Below are positions 10,662 through 19,160 of a stretch of 64,000 nucleotides of DNA, in pieces. The DNA is from a virus (taxonomy: Duplodnaviria; Caudoviricetes), in IMG/VR virus record IMGVR_UViG_3300035663_000005, positions 1-64,000 of that record. One strand, written 5' to 3'. A model generated the notes under the pieces. It saw nothing but the letters and a program-made list of their open reading frames with translations, was not told where the DNA came from and searched no databases. The first letter of the stretch is position 1. Each line of letters opens with the position of its first letter. The translations under genes and the position numbers were made by a program.

Positions 10662-13652
10662 TCATTTCTCCGGATTGTGTCCCCAAATCTTAAGGGCTAG
10701 TAGTTTACGAGTTGGCTCACCTTTATCGTCACGAAGTGGGCCTTTGGCTCCCTTCATGCGGCTGATAAATGAAATTTGCTTGTTTGCCCATTTCCAGTCG
10801 CCTGCCTGCCAATCATCCTTTTTCTTGTCAAGCATTCGGACAATAGCACGAGCCGAATCGCGTCCCGAGGTAATCTTACCTCCACCAGTTCCTGCTTTAC
10901 CTGCTTCCTTACGAGACAAGCCTGCCGCTTTCCCATCTTCTGAATCTATAAAATTCTGAAGTTCTTTGGCTCCCATGTTCACAAGTTTAGACCATTCTTT
11001 GTAGATACGATCTTTTTCTTCATCATCAGTTTCTTCTGCGACTTGACCGGGTGTATCTTTAGCGTAAGTTTTACGAATCTTGTTGGTTCCAATTTCCAAC
11101 ACTTCTTTGTAAATCTTTCTGGCAAAACTGTTTTCATCGGTATGCTCATACATCATCCACTCAAACTCTTGTTCTAGAGTGGAGGAAACTTTAGGAGCGT
11201 GTTCCGCATACATGGCTCGCTTCTGTTCTTCGATATACACTTCCCATGCGGTTTGTTCTTCAGGGCTTCCTGCTTTAGCCTGCATATGACGAGCCTTTTC
11301 GATTCGGGTTGCAATTTTGTCGCAATCATCCAAGCGAACCGCCTCATCTAAAATTTCTTGCAGTTCAAATGCTTCTGCTTTGGTTCCAAACTTTTTCGCA
11401 AACGCTACAGAATACTTGGAACGGCGAGCAGTTTTTTCGGGGTCGCCTGGTAGTTTTTTCCAAGCCTTTGGGTCTGAATCGGAGCGAGCCTTACGAGCAG
11501 CGAACTGTTGAACTCTAGCCTTGGCATCCGCTCGGCTTAATCCTGAAACATATTTTTTAGGTAATCCTGTGCTTTTATCTTTTGGTGAAGCCTCTGCTTT
11601 TCCTTCAATCATTGCGAACTCCTCTGTTTTTGGTTCTGGTTTTGCAGCAGCCATATCTTTCGGATCAACCTGCATACCAGTTTGACGCAGGAATCTAAGT
11701 CCTATCAAAACTTTGTATTCCATGTGCTGCCTGTTAGTTAATGAAAACTTAACATTCTTGTATTCTCTGCCGCCAAATTCCACATCCATGAATACCACAG
11801 GACGAATTTCTCGTTCTTCGGTTCCGCCTCGCTTAATCTTGATTCGACTAGCGATATCTTTGGTGATGGTTTTATCGTTAATTTTAAAGGTTACAGTATG
11901 GTTCTTTTCGTTAATCTTGATATCTTTCGCATCAATAGAATTGTAACCGCTATTGCCGGTATCCACTTTCGCGTTGTATTCTACTCCATCAACCGTAATC
12001 TTTTCTGATACTGCAACATTACTGAATAGTTTCCAATTACTCTTGTTACTGACATGTTCAATCAAAGCATCCATCAGACCTTGACCTTCCACTTCTTTGG
12101 TTGGTTTGCCTCCATCGTATAGCGTGTAAACATTACCGCTACCAGGTGAAGCGTTCATCTCGATGATATAAGGTTTACCGTCAACTACAACATGGTCAAC
12201 GCCAACATAATAGCACTTACTCACAAGTGCAACCTTTTCTACAAGTTCAATCTCTTCTGGAGATAACTTGAATGCGCCCCCTGAGGAACCCCTAGCAATA
12301 TTTGTTCGGAAGTCTCCCTTAGCCTTGTCCCGCTTTGCACAAGCAAAAATCTTGCCATTTAATACGATGCTACGAACATCGTTCTTAAAGCCTGGCAGGA
12401 ACTCTTGCAGAATTACTTCTGCACCAAACTTCCACAGGGATTGTAGAACCGAGCGTAGTGACTTCTCGCTTTCAATAATAGAAACACCGATACCTTCTGC
12501 TCCTGTAACAGTTTTAACTACTACAGGATACTTGCCGCCGATAGCCTTCATCGCGTTTTCCACGGAGTCTTCATCGGAAACAAATGCAGTTCTTGGGTGT
12601 GGCAGGTTATACTTCTGAAGGGCAAGAGCGGTTTGCAATTTGTTTGCACACAACTCCATTGCTCCCTTCTCGTTAACCATGAACACACCGTTGTTTTGTA
12701 GAATAGTAGCCAAACCGATTCCTAGTTCGGAATTTATTACACCGCCACGCACAAAGCAAAGAGTGTCACGCGGGCTTATGGTAATCTTTTTCTTTTCTTC
12801 GCCTTCAGTAATCTGAATGACTATCTTATCACCATTGGCTTCCATCGGATTGATATGAGCATACTTCATCTTTACAGTATGGAATTCTATGCCCTTTTTC
12901 TTGCAAGACTTTTCCATCTTTTCAATAGATGAACCGTCTGTGCTGCCTTCAGCGGAAGTCAGACAAATCAGAGTTACATCAGATGACTTCTCTTCCCATA
13001 GCCATTCTTCCTTTAGTTGCATTCCCTTTTTCACAGCCATGAATATCTTCTTGGCATCCGCCTTGCTCACATGAGCAGGAACTCCCTTAAGGAACGCATC
13101 GTAATCGCCGTCAAACACCGCCTTACGCATCTTGGATGCCGACATGCCTTGCACACCTTCCGCATCAGGGTCGCGGTTGCCAGCACTAATCACCTTGAAG
13201 TCTGAGAACTTGTAGCCCTCGGTGCTTTTTGGGTCAAGGTCAATGTATTGCTTAATCTTGTTGTATTCCGCGATGTGGTCTGCGCCAGTCACAATGTGAA
13301 CGCGAGTATATCCTGCATCACTCAACTTTTGTGCAATAGCATAAGGTCCTGCAACTGTCTTGCCGTCCTTGTTTTGAAAAGGCTTTGGCATCAGTTGGAA
13401 CTTCATCTTCGGGAAGAACTTCTTTAAAGTCTCAAGTTTAGTTTTTGCGTCTAGCGGATTCTTCTTTGGGTCTTGCGAGTAGGAAGCGTAAACACAGAAC
13501 TCTGCACCAATCTTTTGTGCTTCGGTCATCACTTTGTTTACAAGAACTTCGTGCCCTGTAGTTGGAGGATTAAAGCGTCCAACGCCAATAACAATTGACT
13601 TTTCTTTCTTCGGGGCTTCGGTGATGACTTGTGAGAGTTTTTTCACTTCCAT
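10662..13652 (-). CDS. Multidomain protein: HIGH-type nucleotidyltransferase + RimK-like ATP-grasp ligase + RimK-associated aspartic protease + DUF5824-like + DUF3140-like
   Basis: GRFNPPTTGH...MSASKMR; NKLQT...PVVVK..G..G.GV...QEF...DVR...FRTN..RG...GVD...EMNASPG; AKVDTG...RPVV...LTNR..M...LIG..FL; VNM...SGR...WGHNP. Confidence 0.85.
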   Translation of the reverse strand: MEVKKLSQVITEAPKKEKSIVIGVGRFNPPTTGHEVLVNKVMTEAQKIGAEFCVYASYSQDPKKNPLDAKTKLETLKKFFPKMKFQLMPKPFQNKDGKTVAGPYAIAQKLSDAGYTRVHIVTGADHIAEYNKIKQYIDLDPKSTEGYKFSDFKVISAGNRDPDAEGVQGMSASKMRKAVFDGDYDAFLKGVPAHVSKADAKKIFMAVKKGMQLKEEWLWEEKSSDVTLICLTSAEGSTDGSSIEKMEKSCKKKGIEFHTVKMKYAHINPMEANGDKIVIQITEGEEKKKITISPRDTLCFVRGGVINSELGIGLATILQNNGVFMVNEKGAMELCANKLQTALALQKYNLPHPRTAFVSDEDSVENAMKAIGGKYPVVVKTVTGAEGIGVSIIESEKSLRSVLQSLWKFGAEVILQEFLPGFKNDVRSIVLNGKIFACAKRDKAKGDFRTNIARGSSGGAFKLSPEEIELVEKVALVSKCYYVGVDHVVVDGKPYIIEMNASPGSGNVYTLYDGGKPTKEVEGQGLMDALIEHVSNKSNWKLFSNVAVSEKITVDGVEYNAKVDTGNSGYNSIDAKDIKINEKNHTVTFKINDKTITKDIASRIKIKRGGTEEREIRPVVFMDVEFGGREYKNVKFSLTNRQHMEYKVLIGLRFLRQTGMQVDPKDMAAAKPEPKTEEFAMIEGKAEASPKDKSTGLPKKYVSGLSRADAKARVQQFAARKARSDSDPKAWKKLPGDPEKTARRSKYSVAFAKKFGTKAEAFELQEILDEAVRLDDCDKIATRIEKARHMQAKAGSPEEQTAWEVYIEEQKRAMYAEHAPKVSSTLEQEFEWMMYEHTDENSFARKIYKEVLEIGTNKIRKTYAKDTPGQVAEETDDEEKDRIYKEWSKLVNMGAKELQNFIDSEDGKAAGLSRKEAGKAGTGGGKITSGRDSARAIVRMLDKKKDDWQAGDWKWANKQISFISRMKGAKGPLRDDKGEPTRKLLALKIWGHNPEK

Positions 13653-14857
13653 TCCTTTGCTAGATTAAAGTTGTTGCGTGAGAACTCGTTGCGGTCAACA
13701 AGTTTCACGATACTACATGTCTTACCACAAACTGCTACGAAACCTTCAGGAGCAGTTGGACGATATCCATCCTTGTCTGCAATAAAGGTTGAGACAGTTT
13801 GGGTAAGAGAAAGTTTAGAGATGACTAATCCTTTAGCCTTTGCAAGCATGGCATGCAACGCAAACAGGCGGTCAATCTGAGAAGCGTAGGCTTTAAGATA
13901 CTTCGTGATACGAACCATCTTTTCCGCTTTCTCGTCTTTCTTGCTTTGAGTCTTCAAGGCTTCCGCTTCAGCAGCAAGTTTAGCCTGCACGAAAACAGAA
14001 AATCCGTTTGTGGTATTATTGCTTAATCCTGCCTTGACCGTGGAATTAATGTATTGTGAAACATACTCAGCCGCTTCACTCTTCAAGAAAGAAAGTAGAG
14101 CAGACTTAAGATTTGCACCTTCGGCTTCAATCTTTTTGGTTAACTCAACAATCTGCTTTTCTTCCGAGGTTTGCAGAAGCAGATTCTTTGGAAGTGTTGG
14201 AACTTTCGCATCCACCACCCATACCGCTGTGGAAGTTCCCATCGCAGGAACACCAGGCGACCACGAACCGCGTTCCTTGATGTCTCCGCTGCCACTCCAC
14301 TTGGTGTGAAATACCACACCTATCTTTGCTGCTGCAACTTCTGCTGCTGCTGACGAATCTGTAGGAATAGCATAAGTGATGGTGTTCGGTCGGAACACAA
14401 TATATTCTCTACCATCAATTGTTTGTGTTTTCTTTTCGCCTTGAGTAAAAAGCAAATCGCCCCAAGCCACACCACGAATGTTCAACGGCTTGAACAGTTT
14501 CAGAGCAGCGATTAGTTTATCTACCACACCGCCTTCATGGTTCTTGCGAATATCGGCTTCAGTATAATTAACCTTGGAAGCCTTAGAGAAGAACGATTTG
14601 GTGGCAACGAAAAACTTCTTGGTTTCAGGATGTATACCAGTAATGATAGCAGGAGCCCCGTCCCACTTGGTGGATACATTCAGAGAAGCGGTTTGCTTTC
14701 CGCCTGCGGAAATACCACTAACCACATCTTTCAGAATTTTGATGGAGGTCTGTAAGCCAGCCCAACCATTTTCGAACATGCCGTCTTCAAGATGGCTAAT
14801 ATGTCCGTTGGATTCTTTTATAAAATTAGGGGTTGCGTGTGTGGAAAATGATAGCAT
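13643..14857 (-). CDS. Conserved T4-like protein with ligase-type KxDG motif
   Basis: HISHLED, TKWDGAPA, GDLLFT, PEGFV, VKLVDR.EFS..NF. Confidence 0.75.
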   Translation of the reverse strand: MLSFSTHATPNFIKESNGHISHLEDGMFENGWAGLQTSIKILKDVVSGISAGGKQTASLNVSTKWDGAPAIITGIHPETKKFFVATKSFFSKASKVNYTEADIRKNHEGGVVDKLIAALKLFKPLNIRGVAWGDLLFTQGEKKTQTIDGREYIVFRPNTITYAIPTDSSAAAEVAAAKIGVVFHTKWSGSGDIKERGSWSPGVPAMGTSTAVWVVDAKVPTLPKNLLLQTSEEKQIVELTKKIEAEGANLKSALLSFLKSEAAEYVSQYINSTVKAGLSNNTTNGFSVFVQAKLAAEAEALKTQSKKDEKAEKMVRITKYLKAYASQIDRLFALHAMLAKAKGLVISKLSLTQTVSTFIADKDGYRPTAPEGFVAVCGKTCSIVKLVDRNEFSRNNFNLAKEWK

Positions 14858-14863
14858 ACCCCA

Positions 14864-14871
14864 TATTTATA
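14864..14871 (-). promoter_or_regulatory. T4 late promoter TATAAATA
   Basis: Perfect consensus 6 nt before ATG at 14857. Confidence 0.75.
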
Positions 14872-15378
14872 CTATTCCTCAATCCACCTAGACCAAGTTT
14901 TCGGGCCCAAATGGTCAATAATTGTCATTACAATCATCTTCCTGTTAGGCACAATTGGAGGCTTGGCTAGCGGCATCTTGGCTTCCTGCGGGGTTCGATT
15001 AGCCTTCTTATAGTTACATTTACGACAAGAAGCCACAAGATTCTTCCATTCAAACTTACCACCACGGCTTACCGGCATAACATGGTCTACGGTTCCGTTT
15101 GCAGCATTCAACGAGCATCCACAATACTGACATTCATACTTGTCACGACGGAATACCCCCTTACGGGTGGCTCCCTTGACCCGATAAGGCAAGTTAACAT
15201 ACTGCACCAACACGATAGCGGTTGGGAGTTCGTAGTGTCCTCGGGGAGTAGGAATGCGATAGTAGTCTTCGTGACCATAGGGCTTCTCGGCTCTACCTGA
15301 ACACAGCAGGTTAACCGCTCGCTTCCAATCAATCACATTTAAGACTTCCTCGCTAGCGTTGAGGAGGAGAACCTTCAA
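14872..15378 (-). CDS. HNH endonuclease (McrA-like)
   Basis: RD.Y.CQYCG...TVDHV.P.SRGG...W.NLVASC..CN..K. Confidence 0.9.
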   Translation of the reverse strand: MKVLLLNASEEVLNVIDWKRAVNLLCSGRAEKPYGHEDYYRIPTPRGHYELPTAIVLVQYVNLPYRVKGATRKGVFRRDKYECQYCGCSLNAANGTVDHVMPVSRGGKFEWKNLVASCRKCNYKKANRTPQEAKMPLAKPPIVPNRKMIVMTIIDHLGPKTWSRWIEE

Positions 15379-15382
15379 GGAG

Positions 15383-15739
15383 TTAACCCTTCAGCAGTTG
15401 CGGATTGGTGTCCTGTTCCATTTCCTGATTGAACAAGTTTATTTCTTCTTGCTCATCACGAATGATAGCATACACTTCTGCTTTAAAACAAATTGCCAAT
15501 GCTTGATCGTTTTCTGACATCAAAGTGATGTAACCACCAGCAATAACTCTATCTCCCTTTTGAATGGGAAACGCTTCTGGCTGTCGAGCAAAAGAGAAAT
15601 TTCTGCCATCGCCGCCAACAGGCTGAGGAGCAAATGCGGTTTGCCCAACAGAATAAACAATTCCTTCAAACGCCTCACCAGGCTTAACTTTGGAACGATC
15701 AACTTTAATAATCACATACTCAGTATTTGGAATAAGCAT
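15383..15739 (-). CDS. Divergent GroES-like co-chaperonin
   Basis: P....VII...GIVYSVG...KGDRVI pattern. Confidence 0.45.
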   Translation of the reverse strand: MLIPNTEYVIIKVDRSKVKPGEAFEGIVYSVGQTAFAPQPVGGDGRNFSFARQPEAFPIQKGDRVIAGGYITLMSENDQALAICFKAEVYAIIRDEQEEINLFNQEMEQDTNPQLLKG

Positions 15740-15767
15740 TTTGTTTCTCCTTGTTGTTAGTATCTAG

Positions 15768-15841
15768 TAGGAGTGCCAGGATTCGAACCTGTTCCAATCG
15801 GGTATAAACCAATCTGGGCCAACCAAAGACCCCCCACTCCC
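15768..15841 (-). tRNA. tRNA-Ile(TAT)
   Basis: Acceptor GGGAGTG/CACTCCT, anticodon arm ATTGG-TTTATAC-CCGAT, T loop GGTTCGAATCC; D region atypical. Confidence 0.65.
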
Positions 15842-15842
15842 A

Positions 15843-16079
15843 TTAAACAAAAGCCACGCGAGACTTTTTGTTTGCTACATGTCCTGATTCCGTCTTGATA
15901 AGGTAGTTACTTTTCTGTCTGTCCTCATCATTACCTAATCGGTAGTTCACTTCTGTGATTCCCTTGTCGCGTAAAGTCGGTGTGATGTTACTTGCCAACT
16001 GGGCAACAATAGTTTCCGACAAGGCTGCTGCGGTAGCCTCATCAGTGTTCAGGGGAATATCAATGTGAAGTCGGAACAT
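15843..16079 (-). CDS. Hypothetical protein
   Basis: 78-aa ORF directly after a sigma70-like promoter. Confidence 0.65.
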   Translation of the reverse strand: MFRLHIDIPLNTDEATAAALSETIVAQLASNITPTLRDKGITEVNYRLGNDEDRQKSNYLIKTESGHVANKKSRVAFV

Positions 16080-16085
16080 GGATGT

Positions 16086-16113
16086 ATTATATCTTGTGAT
16101 TTGATTTAGTCAA
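16086..16113 (-). promoter_or_regulatory. Sigma70-like promoter
   Basis: TTGACT-N16-TATAAT, 6 nt before ATG 16079. Confidence 0.65.
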
Positions 16114-17531
16114 GACCAATCAGCAAAATCTCTCTTTTTAAACTTCTCGCCCATGCGTTCACGGAAAGTTTTAAATTCTCCTGTGTCTTCCTCGTCCGTA
16201 TCCTTGGATTCGGTAATATTAATAATTCCCCGTTGAGCCGATTCATCCAAATCAAACAGTTTCATTTTGCTACGATCAATGCCTATAACGAAACGCCGAT
16301 TCGTTGCAGGGTCGGCATAGCGGTTCTTCAACTGCTTCACCATAATCTGACCAAGACCTTGAAGTTCTTCAGTGGACACCAAAGCAAACATAAAGTCTGC
16401 GGTTTGTGGTAGACCGAACGATTCACTAGTATCTGTCAACTCAACATCCGTGCTAGAGAAGCCAGAACGATTAGTTTGAGTTGCCGTAAAGATGGGAACA
16501 CCAGTCTCCACCGCAAGACCGCGCAGTTCCTCTGCAATAGCCTTGATGAATGTATATGAGTTTACTGTAGCACTCTGTTTCATACGAGAAGATGCACAAA
16601 TGTTTAAGTAGTCGATAAAAATAATTTCAGGAACAAAGTTCTTCTTCAAACGCAGTTCATCCAACAGATGCTTGAAGTGCATTACTGAAGCACTCGCTGT
16701 CGGATACTCTTTGATAATCAGTTTCCCCGTAGTCTGTTCCATAATACGCTTCATTTTGCGGTCGTAGATATCCTTGGGCAAAGCCTTCAGGTCATCCAAA
16801 CTAGTATCCATCAGATTGGCATCAATGCGCTCAGCAATACGCTCTTCCGCCATTTCGCAAGTTATATACAGCACATTCTTACCTTGCATCAGACAATTTG
16901 CAGCATGGTGACAGAGGAACAAAGACTTACCCACGCCCGTGCCCGCGAGACACACATTCAGAGTTTTGTATGGTGTTCCGTTGTTGGTAATCTTATTCAT
17001 CAAGTCAAGGTCAAACGGAATACGCTTCTCTACGGTGTGATAGAAGTCGTATCGCTTGTCCGCGTCACCAATAAAATCGTGACCGATATGAGAATCAAAA
17101 CTAACTGCAAGAGCAGTAGAAAGAATGCTTGGAATAGCAGTTTTAGTTTTGTCTTTGGACTTTCCATCAATAATCTGAATGGATTCCATGATACCATTAT
17201 AGAGTGCCTTTTCCTTGCAGAAGTTTTCCGTGTTATCTAGCAACCATTGTGTATCGGGAGCATCATGCGTCTTAAAACTCTTGATGATTTCTCGAATAGA
17301 TTTGAACTCGGTTTCGCTTAAATCATCGCGCTTTCCCAAGTCGATAAGTAGACTTTCAACACTTGGCTTGGCGTTGTATTGAGTGTAAAACTCACTTACG
17401 CAGTCGTAGATAACCCGCTCGTCACGCTCATTGAAATACTCAGGCTTCAAGAACGGTAGAACTTTTCTACCATACTCCTCATCATGGAGCAGAGACCTAA
17501 GAATTAAAATTTCTGTTCTGTCAGCAGACAT
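16110..17531 (-). CDS. Replicative DNA helicase (T4 gp41-like)
   Basis: Walker A AGTGVGKS, YITCEMAEERIAERIDAN, IDYLNIC, ATQTNR, SESFGLP, KQLKNRY. Confidence 0.95.
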   Translation of the reverse strand: MSADRTEILILRSLLHDEEYGRKVLPFLKPEYFNERDERVIYDCVSEFYTQYNAKPSVESLLIDLGKRDDLSETEFKSIREIIKSFKTHDAPDTQWLLDNTENFCKEKALYNGIMESIQIIDGKSKDKTKTAIPSILSTALAVSFDSHIGHDFIGDADKRYDFYHTVEKRIPFDLDLMNKITNNGTPYKTLNVCLAGTGVGKSLFLCHHAANCLMQGKNVLYITCEMAEERIAERIDANLMDTSLDDLKALPKDIYDRKMKRIMEQTTGKLIIKEYPTASASVMHFKHLLDELRLKKNFVPEIIFIDYLNICASSRMKQSATVNSYTFIKAIAEELRGLAVETGVPIFTATQTNRSGFSSTDVELTDTSESFGLPQTADFMFALVSTEELQGLGQIMVKQLKNRYADPATNRRFVIGIDRSKMKLFDLDESAQRGIINITESKDTDEEDTGEFKTFRERMGEKFKKRDFADWS

Positions 17532-17552
17532 CAGGTGGACTCTTGAACAGTC

Positions 17553-17580
17553 AGTATACCCCAAATCCCCGAAAAGTCAA
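17553..17580 (-). promoter_or_regulatory. Sigma70-like promoter for helicase
   Basis: TTGACT-N16-TATACT. Confidence 0.6.
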
Positions 17581-18044
17581 GCAAACTTTTTCTGACAATC
17601 GTAGATAAAATCCGAGCAAACTGCCCCAAAACCAGTTTTGTTGTAAGCGGCTACAGATTCTTTAGAAAGAAGAGGAATGATACATTCGGAATTCATATCA
17701 TTTGTTAAATCGTGTGACCAAATCCAACCATTACTTACGAGAGTATATCTGTCAGACTCGTGGCAAAAATGTCTAAGAACTCGCATTAAAGATCTTTGAA
17801 AAATCCATTTGAGAGCGGCGTATTCCTTGACATGAATCCAAAGATATTCACGGCGTTGCCAAAGCCACTCCTCGGTCACAGGATACTGAGCGTAATCGTG
17901 ACCTAGATGGGGTTGTTCGTTTTTCATACGCAGATCTATCTCTACATCATAGCCTGCATCAATGGCTTCTTGAATGTAATCCAATGAGTTTTCACGCTCG
18001 GGAATAACTCCGTCAAGATTGCCTCGGTGTGAAATGTAAATCAC
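17577..18044 (-). CDS. Glycerophosphodiester phosphodiesterase-like protein
   Basis: ISHRGN...ENS...GYDVEID...LGHD...WIHVK...VCSD. Confidence 0.8.
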   Translation of the reverse strand: MIYISHRGNLDGVIPERENSLDYIQEAIDAGYDVEIDLRMKNEQPHLGHDYAQYPVTEEWLWQRREYLWIHVKEYAALKWIFQRSLMRVLRHFCHESDRYTLVSNGWIWSHDLTNDMNSECIIPLLSKESVAAYNKTGFGAVCSDFIYDCQKKFA

Positions 18045-18343
18045 GATAATTCCTCGATTCTAATACTACGGTCTTCAATAAACATGTCGTAATACGGTTT
18101 GTCGCAGCGCAGATCATGGTGCTTTGCGCCCCAATCCTCTAACTGTTGCTTGGTTAGATCATACCAATCTATTCCACTTCGACTACCTCTAGCCGTCCAA
18201 TAAATGATAGTGTTACCTTTATCATATAATCTATTGATCTTTTCTATGTTTTCAGGAATAGGCTTTGCCTTCTTATACTCCCGAGGATGGTCAGGAGTAA
18301 TGCAAATCGTTTCATCAATGTCAACAAATATGATTTTAGTCAT
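18041..18343 (-). CDS. HAD-family phosphatase (capsule-biosynthesis type)
   Basis: FVDIDETIC, WTARG, KP.YD.FI.D. Confidence 0.85.
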   Translation of the reverse strand: MTKIIFVDIDETICITPDHPREYKKAKPIPENIEKINRLYDKGNTIIYWTARGSRSGIDWYDLTKQQLEDWGAKHHDLRCDKPYYDMFIEDRSIRIEELS

Positions 18344-19160
18344 TGTGATACGAGTCCCAATACAGATAGCAGTTAATCAGATCATCTACAGACTTTACCT
18401 GCTTTCCTCTGGTTATAGTTGCCCAAGCCTCAAAGTTTTCAACTTCTTCAGGAGTTCCAAATACGGTTACGAATGGGGTATCGTAGTAACCAACCTTTAA
18501 ACCATCTTGAATCAGCAGATTGTATACCAAAGTAACATAGAATTCTCCATTATACTGAACTCCCCTCTCCATAGCAAGATCAAAATATTTCTTGATGTCT
18601 GCACCACACCTAAAGTAATACATGCCAGTAGAAGCATGTTCATTCATCGGATTGTCGGTATAACAAGCCTTTTCTTTAATCTCAGTAATGTATGGAGTTC
18701 CTGGCACATCTTTAACAAACGCCATCTTTGTTTGAGCCAAGGTATGTGGATGAAATCCTGTGTGCGTTAAAACGCAACCGTCCATATTGTATTGTTTAAC
18801 ATACTCCTTAAAATGTTCCATGTCCCAAATGTGAGGATTGTCGCAGTAAGAAACAATTACTTCTTCGTCATCTTTGATATGTTCGTATACTGCTTTAACC
18901 GTCCACACAGGGCCCAACTTATGCTGAGGCATGGATACAATTGTAGCGTTCGGCTTTAGAGATAGAAGCACATCTCGCATATCAGTTGTTGCTAGATGAG
19001 TATCATTACAGATGAATACAATTTCATCGTTTGGATCAAACATTTCTAGAATGTATTCGATGATGCGCTTTCCGTTCACACGAATAAGCGGCTTAGGATC
19101 TGTGTATCCCTTTTCAACAAACCGGTTTCCTGTTCCTGCCATCGGCACAATAATTTTCAT
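18336..19160 (-). CDS. Sugar-phosphate nucleotidyltransferase
   Basis: PMAG.G.RF...GY..PKPLI, YCD, EIKEK, NGEFYV, FGTPEE. Confidence 0.85.
   Translation of the reverse strand: MKIIVPMAGTGNRFVEKGYTDPKPLIRVNGKRIIEYILEMFDPNDEIVFICNDTHLATTDMRDVLLSLKPNATIVSMPQHKLGPVWTVKAVYEHIKDDEEVIVSYCDNPHIWDMEHFKEYVKQYNMDGCVLTHTGFHPHTLAQTKMAFVKDVPGTPYITEIKEKACYTDNPMNEHASTGMYYFRCGADIKKYFDLAMERGVQYNGEFYVTLVYNLLIQDGLKVGYYDTPFVTVFGTPEEVENFEAWATITRGKQVKSVDDLINCYLYWDSYHND

Noticed and set aside
14872-15378. Intron-encoded homing endonuclease
   Set aside because: Free-standing McrA-like HNH with intact neighbours; no intron or intein seen in the polymerase, helicase or uvsX
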